Source of the DNA: Planctomycetota bacterium
Lineage (GTDB): Bacteria; Planctomycetota; Phycisphaerae; SM23-33; FEN-1343
Assembly (NCBI GenBank): GCA_012514895.1
Contig: JAAYZK010000188.1
Location: forward strand, 25-64,024
Length of the DNA stretch: 64,000 bases
Reading direction: 5' to 3'
Shown: in pieces, positions 49,876-58,769 of the stretch
Layout: every line of letters starts with the position of its first letter
Position numbering within the stretch: position 1 is the first letter of the stretch
Program-made: the position numbers and the translations under genes
The notes under the pieces: model-generated
Databases searched by the model: none
Told to the model about the DNA's origin: nothing
Seen by the model: the letters and a program-made list of their open reading frames with translations, nothing else

Positions 49876-50463
49876 GTGGTCGCCCACCCGGATGATGAAA
49901 CCATCTGGTGCGGCGGGCTGATCCTGCGCCGCCCGGACTGGCAGTGGACTGTCCTGAGCCTCTGCCGCGCCGACGACGACGACCGGCGGGAGAGGTTCGG
50001 CCGCGCCTGCCGTCGCCTGGGGGCGCGGGCCATCATCTCCGACCTCGACGACGGCGCCCCCCTGGCGCCCCTGGACGGGCCCAGGGACATCGGCCGGCGG
50101 ATCCTCCGCCATGCGGGCGGCCGGAGGTGGGGGCTGGTCCTCACCCACGGCGCCAACGGGGAGTACGGCCACCAGCGCCACCGGGAGGTTCACGACGAGG
50201 TCCTGCGCCTCGCCGCCGGCGGCGAACTGCCCCACGAGGACCTGTGGACCTTCGCCTACGACTGCGCCGCGGCGACCGGCCGGTGCGTCCCGCAGGCCGA
50301 TGCGACCGTCCGCATCGACCTGACCGAAGCCCAGCTCGCCGGCAAGCGCCGCATCATCCACGACACGTACGGATTCGGGGAGGAAGCCTTCGAGTGCCGC
50401 GCCTGTATCAGCCCGGAGGCCTTCCGCCGCCACAGCCCCGGTCCGCAGGGGGAACTGCCATGA
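49876..50463 (+). CDS. PIG-L/LmbE family deacetylase
   Basis: 'VAHPDDE', 'LTHGANGEYGH..H'. The true start is probably upstream (frame open back to 49801). Confidence 0.82.
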   Translation: MVAHPDDETIWCGGLILRRPDWQWTVLSLCRADDDDRRERFGRACRRLGARAIISDLDDGAPLAPLDGPRDIGRRILRHAGGRRWGLVLTHGANGEYGHQRHREVHDEVLRLAAGGELPHEDLWTFAYDCAAATGRCVPQADATVRIDLTEAQLAGKRRIIHDTYGFGEEAFECRACISPEAFRRHSPGPQGELP

Positions 50464-51662
50464 AGGTTCTCGTGCTCTATGACTATCCACCCGCCCCGGG
50501 CGGCCTGGCCACCCAGGGGGACCTGCTCTACCGGGGACTGCGGGAGATCGGCGTCGATGCCCATCCCGCCCACTACGAGTCGCCGCAGGAGAAGGAGTGG
50601 TACTACCGCTGGCTGGCCCCCGACGTCGTCGTCGGCGTCGGCTACTGGGGCCACGCGCCCCACATCATCCTGCACCCGCAGCGCTTCGGCGTGCGGGCCG
50701 TGCCGTGGGTCGTTGCCGACGGGTACGTCGCCAACTACCAGGAGGTGTTCAACAAGCTGCCGCTCATCCTGGCGACCTCCAACTGGGTCCGCGACGTCTA
50801 CAAGCGGGACGGCCTGGACGTGTCGAACTTCAAGATCCTGCCGGTCGGCTGCGACACAGACGCGTTCGTCCCTCGCGACCGCGACGACCCGAAGGTCAGG
50901 ACCATCCGCGAGTCGCTGGGCATCGCCCCCGACGAGATCATGATCCTCACCGTCGGCGGCGACGCCGCCAGCAAGGGCGGGCAGGAGGTCATGCAGGCCC
51001 TGGCGATGATCGACCACAAGGCGCCGGACTGGAAGTACGTCTGCAAGGTCTGGCCCCAGGTCCGCACCGAGCACCAGAACCTCGCCGACATGCAACTGGC
51101 GGCCCAACTGGGGATCGACAAGAAGGTGATCTTCGCCACCAGCCGCATCAGCCGCGGGTTCATGCCCTACCTGATGGCGGCCTGCGACATCTACGCCGCC
51201 CCGTCGCGGCTGGAGGGGTTCGGCATGATCCAGGTCGAGGCCAACGCCTGCGGCAAGCCCGTCATCGGCATCAAGGCGATGGGCCTGCTGGACACCATGG
51301 TCCACGGCGAAACCGCCTTCCTGGCCGACGTCGCCCAGGAGATCCGCGCCCGCGAGACGATCGTCGGGGCCGACCAGGGCTACAAGGAAGGCCACCGCGT
51401 GATCTTCAAGCGGCCGCGGACCGTGGACTTCCGCGCCAGCATCCATGACATCGCCAACTACCTGATGGACCTGATGACCGACGCGGCCCTGCGGAAGACC
51501 ATGGGCGAGGCGGGGCGAAAGCGCGTCGTCGAACTGTTCGACTACCGCGCGGTCGCCAGGCAGTTCGTGGACATCACCACCAGGACACTGGGCAGGCGGA
51601 AGCGAAGCAATGGCACTCAACGACAACGGCCAGGTCGAACGGGCGAAACGCGCGGCGATTGA
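50460..51662 (+). CDS. Glycosyltransferase family 4 (GT-B)
   Basis: ATGA overlap with the PIG-L gene; 'PGGLATQ', 'GCDTDAF.P', 'SKGGQE', 'APSRLEGFGMIQVEANACGKPVI', 'GEAGRKRV...FDY'. Confidence 0.9.
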   Translation: MKVLVLYDYPPAPGGLATQGDLLYRGLREIGVDAHPAHYESPQEKEWYYRWLAPDVVVGVGYWGHAPHIILHPQRFGVRAVPWVVADGYVANYQEVFNKLPLILATSNWVRDVYKRDGLDVSNFKILPVGCDTDAFVPRDRDDPKVRTIRESLGIAPDEIMILTVGGDAASKGGQEVMQALAMIDHKAPDWKYVCKVWPQVRTEHQNLADMQLAAQLGIDKKVIFATSRISRGFMPYLMAACDIYAAPSRLEGFGMIQVEANACGKPVIGIKAMGLLDTMVHGETAFLADVAQEIRARETIVGADQGYKEGHRVIFKRPRTVDFRASIHDIANYLMDLMTDAALRKTMGEAGRKRVVELFDYRAVARQFVDITTRTLGRRKRSNGTQRQRPGRTGETRGD

Positions 51663-52806
51663 GGTGCTCCTGAGCAACCTGCACGGGCCTTACCGCGGGC
51701 TGCCCCGCACCGCCGGGTGGGGCTACCCCGAACCCTACACGCGGGACCTGCTCATCTCCGGCCTGGGGTTCCTTGTCTCCGGCGAGCAGCGGCTGATCGC
51801 GTCGCTGCGGCGGGTCCTGGAGACCCTGGCGGCCAACCAGACCCCGCGGGGGCACATCCCTTCCCTGGTCCACGATCCCGAGGACCGCGGCGCCAGCGAC
51901 ACGACCCCGCTGTTCCTGCTGATTCTGGCGATCTACCGCCGGGCCGCCGGCGAGGGCGATTTCCTCGCCGACGCCGCCGCCAGGGCCCTGACGTGGATGG
52001 AGTACGCCAGCCCCGCCGACCGGGCGCTGGTCGCCCAGCTTCCCACGACCGACTGGCGCGACGAGCAGGCTGTCACGGGCTTCGGCCTGTACGTCAACGC
52101 GCTGACGTACGCCTTCCTCCGCCTGCACGGCCGCCGTGAGCGTGCCGACCAACTGGCCGAGATGATGTGCCGCTTCACGATCACCGCCGAGGACGAGGCC
52201 AGCCGGCGGGTGCACGAGGGGCTGACGCTCAAGCGCAAGCCCTATTACGCGATGTGCTCGTTCAAGATCTTCTCCAGCGAGCGGTTCGACCTGCTGGGCA
52301 ACAGCCTGGCCATCCTGACGGGCATCGCGCCGCTGTCGCGGGCCAAGGCGATCCTCGCCTGGATCGAACGGGAATGCCAGGTGATGCGGGCCCGCGGGGA
52401 CCTGGCGGTGGACCTGTCGCCGAACTTCTTCCCCTTCGTCCGCCCCGGCGACCCCGAGTGGTCCCGCCGCTACGAACTGCACAACCGCCCGGGGATCTAC
52501 CATAACGGGGGCGTCTGGCCCTTCGTCAGCGGCTTCCACATCGCCGCCATGGTCGCCGCCGGCCGCATGCACCTGGCCCGCCGCAAGCTGGCCGTCCTGA
52601 CTGAACTGGTCCGGCGCCCCAAAGACCCCAGCCTCGACTACGGTTTCAACGAGTACCTCCAGGCCCAGGACGGCCACCCCCGCGGGCAGGACTGGCAGAC
52701 CTGGTCGGCCGCCATGTACCTCTACGCCGCCGCCTGCGTCCAGCAGGGGCGCACGCCCTTCTTCGACGAGGTCCGGGCGATCGGGGGGCCGGGCAACCCG
52801 TGCTGA
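51610..52806 (+). CDS. (alpha/alpha)6 glycoside hydrolase, GH100 (alkaline/neutral invertase)-like
   Basis: 'YTRDL', 'ASDTTPLF', 'TTDWRDE', 'FDLLGNSLAIL', 'YHNGGVWPF', 'QTWSAAMYL'. Confidence 0.72.
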   Translation: MALNDNGQVERAKRAAIEVLLSNLHGPYRGLPRTAGWGYPEPYTRDLLISGLGFLVSGEQRLIASLRRVLETLAANQTPRGHIPSLVHDPEDRGASDTTPLFLLILAIYRRAAGEGDFLADAAARALTWMEYASPADRALVAQLPTTDWRDEQAVTGFGLYVNALTYAFLRLHGRRERADQLAEMMCRFTITAEDEASRRVHEGLTLKRKPYYAMCSFKIFSSERFDLLGNSLAILTGIAPLSRAKAILAWIERECQVMRARGDLAVDLSPNFFPFVRPGDPEWSRRYELHNRPGIYHNGGVWPFVSGFHIAAMVAAGRMHLARRKLAVLTELVRRPKDPSLDYGFNEYLQAQDGHPRGQDWQTWSAAMYLYAAACVQQGRTPFFDEVRAIGGPGNPC

Positions 52807-52967
52807 GCGCGGCCCCGCATCGTGTCCGTCGGTCGTCTCGCCACCGCCCGGCCCGCATCTGTGCTCTTGCGGGACGCGTTGGGATCCGGCACTATGGCGG
52901 GGCATCGCCGCGCCGGCAGAGTCGTTTCGGGCCAGGAGCGCCGGCGGCAGACCCGGAAGGAGCGACC

Positions 52968-54200
52968 ATGGTTGGCAGCAAGGGCAGGAGCACTGCGTCG
53001 GAGGCCGCACGGGCGTTGGACCAGGGGCGGGGCATCCTTCGCCTGGCGCCGGCGTGGGTGCCGCGGTCGTTCTGCGTGCCGGGCCGGCGGATCAAGTTGC
53101 ACCCGGACGACTACTACGCGTACGGCGGCGTGCGGGGGGGGATCGACGAGCGGTGGTTCGCCTCGACCACGCCGGCCGACAACGGGCCGCTGACCAGCGA
53201 AAACGAGGGGCTCAGCCAGATCGTCGTCGAGGACGGCCGGACTGTCCGGCGGGTGCTGCTCCGCGACGCGGCGGCCGAACTGAAAGGGGCGCTGATCGGC
53301 GATCGGTTGTGGAACCAGTACGGCCGCTGGCCGATGTACTCCAAGTTCTTCGACAACATGGGCGCGCTGCCGCACCACGTGCACCATCGCGACGAGCACG
53401 CCGCCGCGACCGGCCAACTCGGCAAGCCCGAGGCGTATTACTTTCCGCCGCAGGTCAACAATCACGGCGGCGATTTCCCCTACACCTTCTTCGGCCTGGA
53501 GCCCGGCACGACGCGCGAGCAGGTGCGCGAATGCCTGGTGAACTTCTCCAAGGGCGACAACCGGCTGACCAACCTGTCCCGCGCCTACCGCCTGCGGCCG
53601 GGAACCGGGTGGAACGTGCCCCCGGGCGTCCTGCACGCGCCGGGCAGCCTGTGCACGTACGAGCCCCAGAAGGCCTCCGACGTCTTCGCAATGTACCAGT
53701 CGCTGGTGGGCGACCAGGTCATCCCCGAGGAACTGCTGTGGAAGAACACCCCGCCGGAGAAGGTCGGCGACGTCGACCACCTGCTGGAGGTGCTGGACTG
53801 GGAGGAGAACGTCGATCCGCGTTTCGTCGAGCGCCACTTCATGGCGCCCCGGCCGGTGCGGGACGTGGCCGAGATGGAGGCCCAAGGGTATGTCGAGCAC
53901 TGGATCTGCTACCTCTGCAACGCCTTCAGCGCCAAGGAACTGACGGTCCTGCCGGGCCGCACCGTCACGATCCGCGACGGCGGGGCGTACGGGATGATCA
54001 TGATGCAGGGGCACGGCACGATGGGCGTCTGGCCGATCGAGACGCCGGCCCTGATCCGTTTCGGCCAGTTGACGCACGATGAGTACTTCGTGTCCGAGCA
54101 GGCCGCCCGGGAGGGCGTGACGATCGTGAACCTTTCGCCGAGCGATCCGATCGTGATGCTCAAGCACTTCGGACCGGAGAATCCCGAGCTGGCGGTATAG
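52968..54200 (+). CDS. Cupin-fold protein resembling type I phosphomannose isomerase
   Basis: 'PHHVHH', 'GKPEAYYF', 'VPPGVLHAPG', 'YEPQKASD'. Start at ATG 52968 after GAAGGAG. Confidence 0.6.
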   Translation: MVGSKGRSTASEAARALDQGRGILRLAPAWVPRSFCVPGRRIKLHPDDYYAYGGVRGGIDERWFASTTPADNGPLTSENEGLSQIVVEDGRTVRRVLLRDAAAELKGALIGDRLWNQYGRWPMYSKFFDNMGALPHHVHHRDEHAAATGQLGKPEAYYFPPQVNNHGGDFPYTFFGLEPGTTREQVRECLVNFSKGDNRLTNLSRAYRLRPGTGWNVPPGVLHAPGSLCTYEPQKASDVFAMYQSLVGDQVIPEELLWKNTPPEKVGDVDHLLEVLDWEENVDPRFVERHFMAPRPVRDVAEMEAQGYVEHWICYLCNAFSAKELTVLPGRTVTIRDGGAYGMIMMQGHGTMGVWPIETPALIRFGQLTHDEYFVSEQAAREGVTIVNLSPSDPIVMLKHFGPENPELAV

Positions 54201-54227
54201 GCAACGCCGGAAAGAGGCGGCAGAACC

Positions 54228-56339
54228 ATGGAACGTCCCTGGTACCAGCGCGGCTACCGCCGCATGCTCGTGGACATGCACATCCCGGACGGGGATCCGG
54301 CGTTTCTGGCCAGGTACGACCCGGCCGAGATGGTCGGCCTGTACAAGGCCGCGGGCCTGACGTCGGTGATGTTCTACACGCAGTCGCACGTCGGGCTGTG
54401 CTACTGGCCGACGGCCACCGGCAGGATGCACGAGGGCCTCCGCGGCCGCGACGTCGTCGGCCGGACCGTCGGCCTGCTGGCCGAGGCCGGCATCGCGAGC
54501 TGCGCGTACTACAGCGTGATCTTCAACAACTGGGCGTGGCTGGAGCACCCCGACTGGCGGATGGTCGCGGCGAGCCCCTCCTCGGAACTGGCCACCGCCG
54601 GCCGTTACGGGCACGTCTGCCCGAACAACCCCGGCTACCGCGCGTTCTGCCGCGACCAGACGGCCGAGCTGCTGACGGCGTATCGCTTCGACGGCCTGTT
54701 CTACGACATGACCTTCTGGCCGGGCGTCTGCACGTGCGAGCACTGCCGCCGGCGGCTCGGCGAGGAGACCGGGGGGGAGATTCCCGACGCGGTCAACTGG
54801 TTCGACCCCGCCTGGTGCCGCTTCCAGGAGGCCCGCGAGCGGTGGATGCTCGATTTCGCCGAGTTCCTCAACGCCGCCGCGCGGCAGGCGCAGCCGGGGA
54901 TCACGGTCTACCACAATTTCGCCAGCGCCCTGGCCGACTGGATGGGCGTCGGCTTCCGCAACGCCGCCGCCAACGATTTCCTGGGCGCCGACTTCTACGG
55001 CGATCCGGTCGAGCAGCTCACCGTCAGCAAGCTGATGGTCAACCTCTCGGAGAACCAGCCGGTCGAGTTCATGACCAGCCGCTGCCTGAACCTGGTCGAG
55101 CACGAGAGCACCAAGGACGAAGAGACGGTCCGCATGCAGGCCCTGGCCACGGCGCTGTTCGGCGGGGCGATGCTCTTCATCGACGCGATCCACCCCGACG
55201 GGACCGTCAACCCGGCCCCGTACGCGATGATCCGCCGCGTCTACGACGAGATGAGCCGCTACGAGCCGTACCTGGGCGGCCGGGCGGTCGAGGACGTGGG
55301 AGTCTACTTCAGCAGCGATTCGCGGATGGACTTCGCCGAGAACGGCACGCCGCTGGGCGAGGCCCACTTCCGCCGCAGCTACCCCCACCTGCGGGCCGTG
55401 CGCGGCGTGTGCCGTACGCTCGCCGAGGCCCACGTGCCCTTCGGCGTCATCACCCGCCGGCAACTGGACGAGCTGGACCGCTACAAGGTGATCGTCCTGC
55501 CCAACGTGCTGCGGATGGACCGCCGGGACGTCGACGCCCTGCGGCAGTACGTCCGGAGCGGCGGGTGCCTGTACGCCAGCCGCAGCACGTCGCTGACCGA
55601 CAGCAGCGGCATCCGCCACGAGGACTTCATGCTGGCCGACGTCTTCGGCTGCCACCTGGCCGACGACGATCTCGGCCGCGTCGCGTACCTCAAACCGGCC
55701 TCGGCGGCGCTGCGCGACGCGATCGCCCCGCAGGACTGCCTCGGCCACATGAGCCTGCCGTCGGGCCCCAACGCCGGCGCCGGGATGGTGCGCCTGGCCG
55801 AGCGGACCGAAGGCCGGGTCCTGGCCACGCTCACCGAGCCGTACGGCCGCGAGTGGGGGACGATCCAGACGCGGAACTGGGCGAGCATCCACAGCGCCCC
55901 GCCCTGGCGCGACACCGACGTCCCGGCCATCGTCGAACACGCCTTCGGCGAAGGCCGCGCGATCTACTGCGCCGCCGACATGGAAGTCATCGACTGCGCC
56001 GCCGACCGCCGGACGCTGCTGGCGCTGATCGGCGACCTCCTGGCCGGCCGGGCCGGGGCCTCCGCCGAGGCGCATCCCTGCGTGTGGATGTCCGTGGCCG
56101 ACCAGCCGGACCGCCGGCGGATGGTCGCGGGCTTCCTCAACTACCAGCCCCATCTGCCCGCCGTCCCCATCGCGGCCATCCCCTTCACCCTCCGGCCCCC
56201 GGCCGGCCGGCGCTTCGTCGCCCTGCGGTCGGCGCCCGATGGTGGCGAGGTGCCGTTCACCACCGGCGACGACGGCGTGCTGAGGGCGACCGTCCGCGAT
56301 CTCGAGGCGCTTCAGATGCTCGTCGCCGACTACGGATAG
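54228..56339 (+). CDS. Putative glycoside hydrolase (GHL6/alpha-L-fucosidase-like TIM barrel + GH42 trimerization-like domain)
   Basis: 'RRMLVDMHIPD', 'SHVGLCYWPT', 'HPDWRM', 'YRFDGLFYDM', 'CTCEHC', 'LDRYKVIVLPNV...LRQYVRSGG'. Confidence 0.7.
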   Translation: MERPWYQRGYRRMLVDMHIPDGDPAFLARYDPAEMVGLYKAAGLTSVMFYTQSHVGLCYWPTATGRMHEGLRGRDVVGRTVGLLAEAGIASCAYYSVIFNNWAWLEHPDWRMVAASPSSELATAGRYGHVCPNNPGYRAFCRDQTAELLTAYRFDGLFYDMTFWPGVCTCEHCRRRLGEETGGEIPDAVNWFDPAWCRFQEARERWMLDFAEFLNAAARQAQPGITVYHNFASALADWMGVGFRNAAANDFLGADFYGDPVEQLTVSKLMVNLSENQPVEFMTSRCLNLVEHESTKDEETVRMQALATALFGGAMLFIDAIHPDGTVNPAPYAMIRRVYDEMSRYEPYLGGRAVEDVGVYFSSDSRMDFAENGTPLGEAHFRRSYPHLRAVRGVCRTLAEAHVPFGVITRRQLDELDRYKVIVLPNVLRMDRRDVDALRQYVRSGGCLYASRSTSLTDSSGIRHEDFMLADVFGCHLADDDLGRVAYLKPASAALRDAIAPQDCLGHMSLPSGPNAGAGMVRLAERTEGRVLATLTEPYGREWGTIQTRNWASIHSAPPWRDTDVPAIVEHAFGEGRAIYCAADMEVIDCAADRRTLLALIGDLLAGRAGASAEAHPCVWMSVADQPDRRRMVAGFLNYQPHLPAVPIAAIPFTLRPPAGRRFVALRSAPDGGEVPFTTGDDGVLRATVRDLEALQMLVADYG

Positions 56340-56441
56340 ACCGCCGCCAGATGCGCAGAAACCCATTACGACATCGGGTGCGGGGGCTGTTGCCTGGATG
56401 TTCCGATCTGCCGGGCGGAGGCCGGTGAAGGGAGGTCGCTG

Positions 56442-57470
56442 ATGGGTGGTCGCCTGCGGTTGGCCGTCATGGGGCCTGGGATCTACTGGAACAAGGCGCA
56501 TCGTCCGGCGCTGGCCCGGCGGGACGACGTGGAGGTCGTCGCGTTCTGCGCCTCCAGCGACCGCCGGCGTGCGGAGGTGGCGGCGGCCTTCCCGGGCCGC
56601 CCGTTCTACACGGACGCCGACGCCTTCCTGGCCGAGGTCGCCGCCGATGCGGTGCTGCTGACCCTGCCGCTGCCGCTGAACGGCCCGATGGCCGCGCGGG
56701 CCCTGGAGGCCGGGCATGACGTCATCGTGGAGAAGCCCCTGGCCCGGTCGGCCGCCGAAGCCTTCGCCCTGGCCAGCCGGGCCGAGGCGGAGGGGCGCCA
56801 GTTGATGGTGGCCGAGCAGTTGGCCTATGCGCCGATCCTGGCGGAGATCCGGGCGAGGCTCGACGCCGGGGCGATCGGCCGGCCCGTCGTGTTCGACATG
56901 GTCACCCACATCCGCCTGGACGCCTCCCACCCCGACGGGTACGGCCGCGGCTGGCGGAAGGAGGCCGACTTCCCCCTGGGCGCCCTGTTCGACGGGGGCG
57001 TTCACCAGATCGCCATCCAGTCCCGCCTGTTCGGGCCGCACCGCCGGGTGTACGCCAGGGGGACCTCCCTGCGCGAGGGGTTCGGCGAGTTCGACCACGT
57101 CCTGATGCACTTCGCGTTCGACGGCGGCTTCTGCGGCACGTTCAGCCACGCCGGCAGCATCGACGGGCCGCGCAACCACTTCCACATCCACGGGACCGAA
57201 GGGCTGATCGACGTCGAGGGCGACGCCTTCACCCTCCTTCGCCCGTCCGCCGCGCCGCAGCGCGTCGTCGTCGAGGGCGACGACGCCCGCACCACGATGT
57301 GGACCCACCTGCTGGCGCGCCTCCGCGACGGCGCCCCGCCGGCCTACTCTGCCTTCGACGCCGCCGGCGACGTCGCGACGCTCGAGGCGGTGGCCGCATC
57401 GTGCCGCACGGGCCGGTCCGTGGACATCGGGCCGGGCGAGGCGCCAGGCCCCGCCGATCGCCCGTGCTGA
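56442..57470 (+). CDS. Gfo/Idh/MocA family oxidoreductase
   Basis: 'LAVMGPG', 'ALEAGHDVIVEKPLA', 'GALFDGGVHQI', 'IHGTEG'. Confidence 0.92.
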   Translation: MGGRLRLAVMGPGIYWNKAHRPALARRDDVEVVAFCASSDRRRAEVAAAFPGRPFYTDADAFLAEVAADAVLLTLPLPLNGPMAARALEAGHDVIVEKPLARSAAEAFALASRAEAEGRQLMVAEQLAYAPILAEIRARLDAGAIGRPVVFDMVTHIRLDASHPDGYGRGWRKEADFPLGALFDGGVHQIAIQSRLFGPHRRVYARGTSLREGFGEFDHVLMHFAFDGGFCGTFSHAGSIDGPRNHFHIHGTEGLIDVEGDAFTLLRPSAAPQRVVVEGDDARTTMWTHLLARLRDGAPPAYSAFDAAGDVATLEAVAASCRTGRSVDIGPGEAPGPADRPC

Positions 57471-57490
57471 GGGCGCGGCCGGGCCGCCGA

Positions 57491-58519
57491 TCAGTACTGG
57501 ACGCCGAAGTTGTTCTTCAGCAGGACGAAGTCGTCGAGGTCGACGTCGCCGTCGTCGTCGAAGTCGCCCTGGGCGCAGGTGGCGCCGGTGGCCGTGCCGA
57601 AGTTATTCTTGAGGATGACGAAGTCGTCGAGGTCCACGTCCCCGTCGCCGTCGGCGTCGCCGGGATTGCAGGCGGTGCCGATGTCCTCGATGCGGTCGAG
57701 GGTGAACCCGTCAGGGTCGATGGCGATGGTGTCGATCCAGGCGGTGCGATCGAAATCGGCGCCGCCGTGGAAGAACTTCAGGTTGAGCACGCCGTTGTTG
57801 TCGTGGTTTCTGTTGTAATGGTCCCACCACGCCTGGCCGCCGCTGTGGGTCATCTGGATGGGCGTGCCGCCGTCGGGGGCGACCCAGATCTGCATCGTGT
57901 CGTTGGGATTGTCGATCCACAGCCACAGTTCGTACCACTGGCCGGCCTGGATGGTGAGATCCTGGGGCTCATGCCAGGTGTAGGAGCCCGACGCGTACGA
58001 GCCGCTGGCGGCGCGGAAGTACTGCCCGTCGCCGCTGAGGCGAACGCGGGCGCCCTGGGAGGCGTAGTTGGTGGTGCCCTGGTACTGCGGGTCGTTGGCG
58101 TCGCCGCCCAAGGTGTTGTAGCCGCCCCACAGGTCGTTGGTGCCCAGGATGAGGTCGTTGGCCACGGTGGGCTTCCACCGCAGGTAGACGGTGGTTTCCG
58201 ACCCGGCCAGCATCCGGTCGTAGCCGAAGTACAGGGCGGTGTAGACGGTGCTGAACGTGCCGGTGCGGTTGAGGTTGGTCATGCGGAGGGCCTTGTCGCC
58301 GTCCTCGACGACGACGACGGACCCCGGATGCTCCGCGATGGTGGCCGCGTTCGCCTGGGTGTACCACATGGGCATGCCCTCGTCGGCGATCAGCCCCTGG
58401 CCGTGAATGCTGCTGCCGGCCTCGTAGCTCTCGAAATCGTCGATCAGCGTCAGTGCCGCCGGGGCGCCGGCGGCCGCCGTCAGAACAGTGAGGGTCATCG
58501 CAAGGAGGGTCCGTTTCAT
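57491..58519 (-). CDS. Secreted protein with beta-sandwich (lectin-like) domain and C-terminal dockerin-like module
   Basis: Signal peptide; 'DDFESY', 'GQWYELWLWID'; 'GDADGDGDVDLDDFVILKNNFG...GDFDDDGDVDLDDFVLLKNNFG'. Confidence 0.8.
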   Translation of the reverse strand: MKRTLLAMTLTVLTAAAGAPAALTLIDDFESYEAGSSIHGQGLIADEGMPMWYTQANAATIAEHPGSVVVVEDGDKALRMTNLNRTGTFSTVYTALYFGYDRMLAGSETTVYLRWKPTVANDLILGTNDLWGGYNTLGGDANDPQYQGTTNYASQGARVRLSGDGQYFRAASGSYASGSYTWHEPQDLTIQAGQWYELWLWIDNPNDTMQIWVAPDGGTPIQMTHSGGQAWWDHYNRNHDNNGVLNLKFFHGGADFDRTAWIDTIAIDPDGFTLDRIEDIGTACNPGDADGDGDVDLDDFVILKNNFGTATGATCAQGDFDDDGDVDLDDFVLLKNNFGVQY

Positions 58520-58769
58520 CGCTGCACCTTCTCAAGGAGTAAAAAGAACAACGCGGGGTTGCAGGCATCGCATCCGTCTTCTCAACTGCTCCCGACAGCC
58601 GAGGTCGGTCCGAGAGCGGTCGCCGGAACGCGAGAGACTGGAGATTCTTGTAACGCGCCGTGGCGATTGCGTCAAGCCTTCTGTCGGCGAACCGGTGTCT
58701 CCGCGGCGCTGGTGGCCGCGCATGGGCGCCCCTGCCGGCCCTGGGGGGCCTTAAGGAGCAGGAGAGCGA

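Noticed and set aside
52722-57308. 1528-aa minus-strand ORF
   Set aside because: It is an antisense shadow of three well-supported plus-strand genes.
57500-57660. Direct DNA repeats resembling a mini CRISPR (also near 8410-8535 and 58870-59000)
   Set aside because: They are in-frame coding repeats of dockerin-like motifs, with only two units each and no cas genes.
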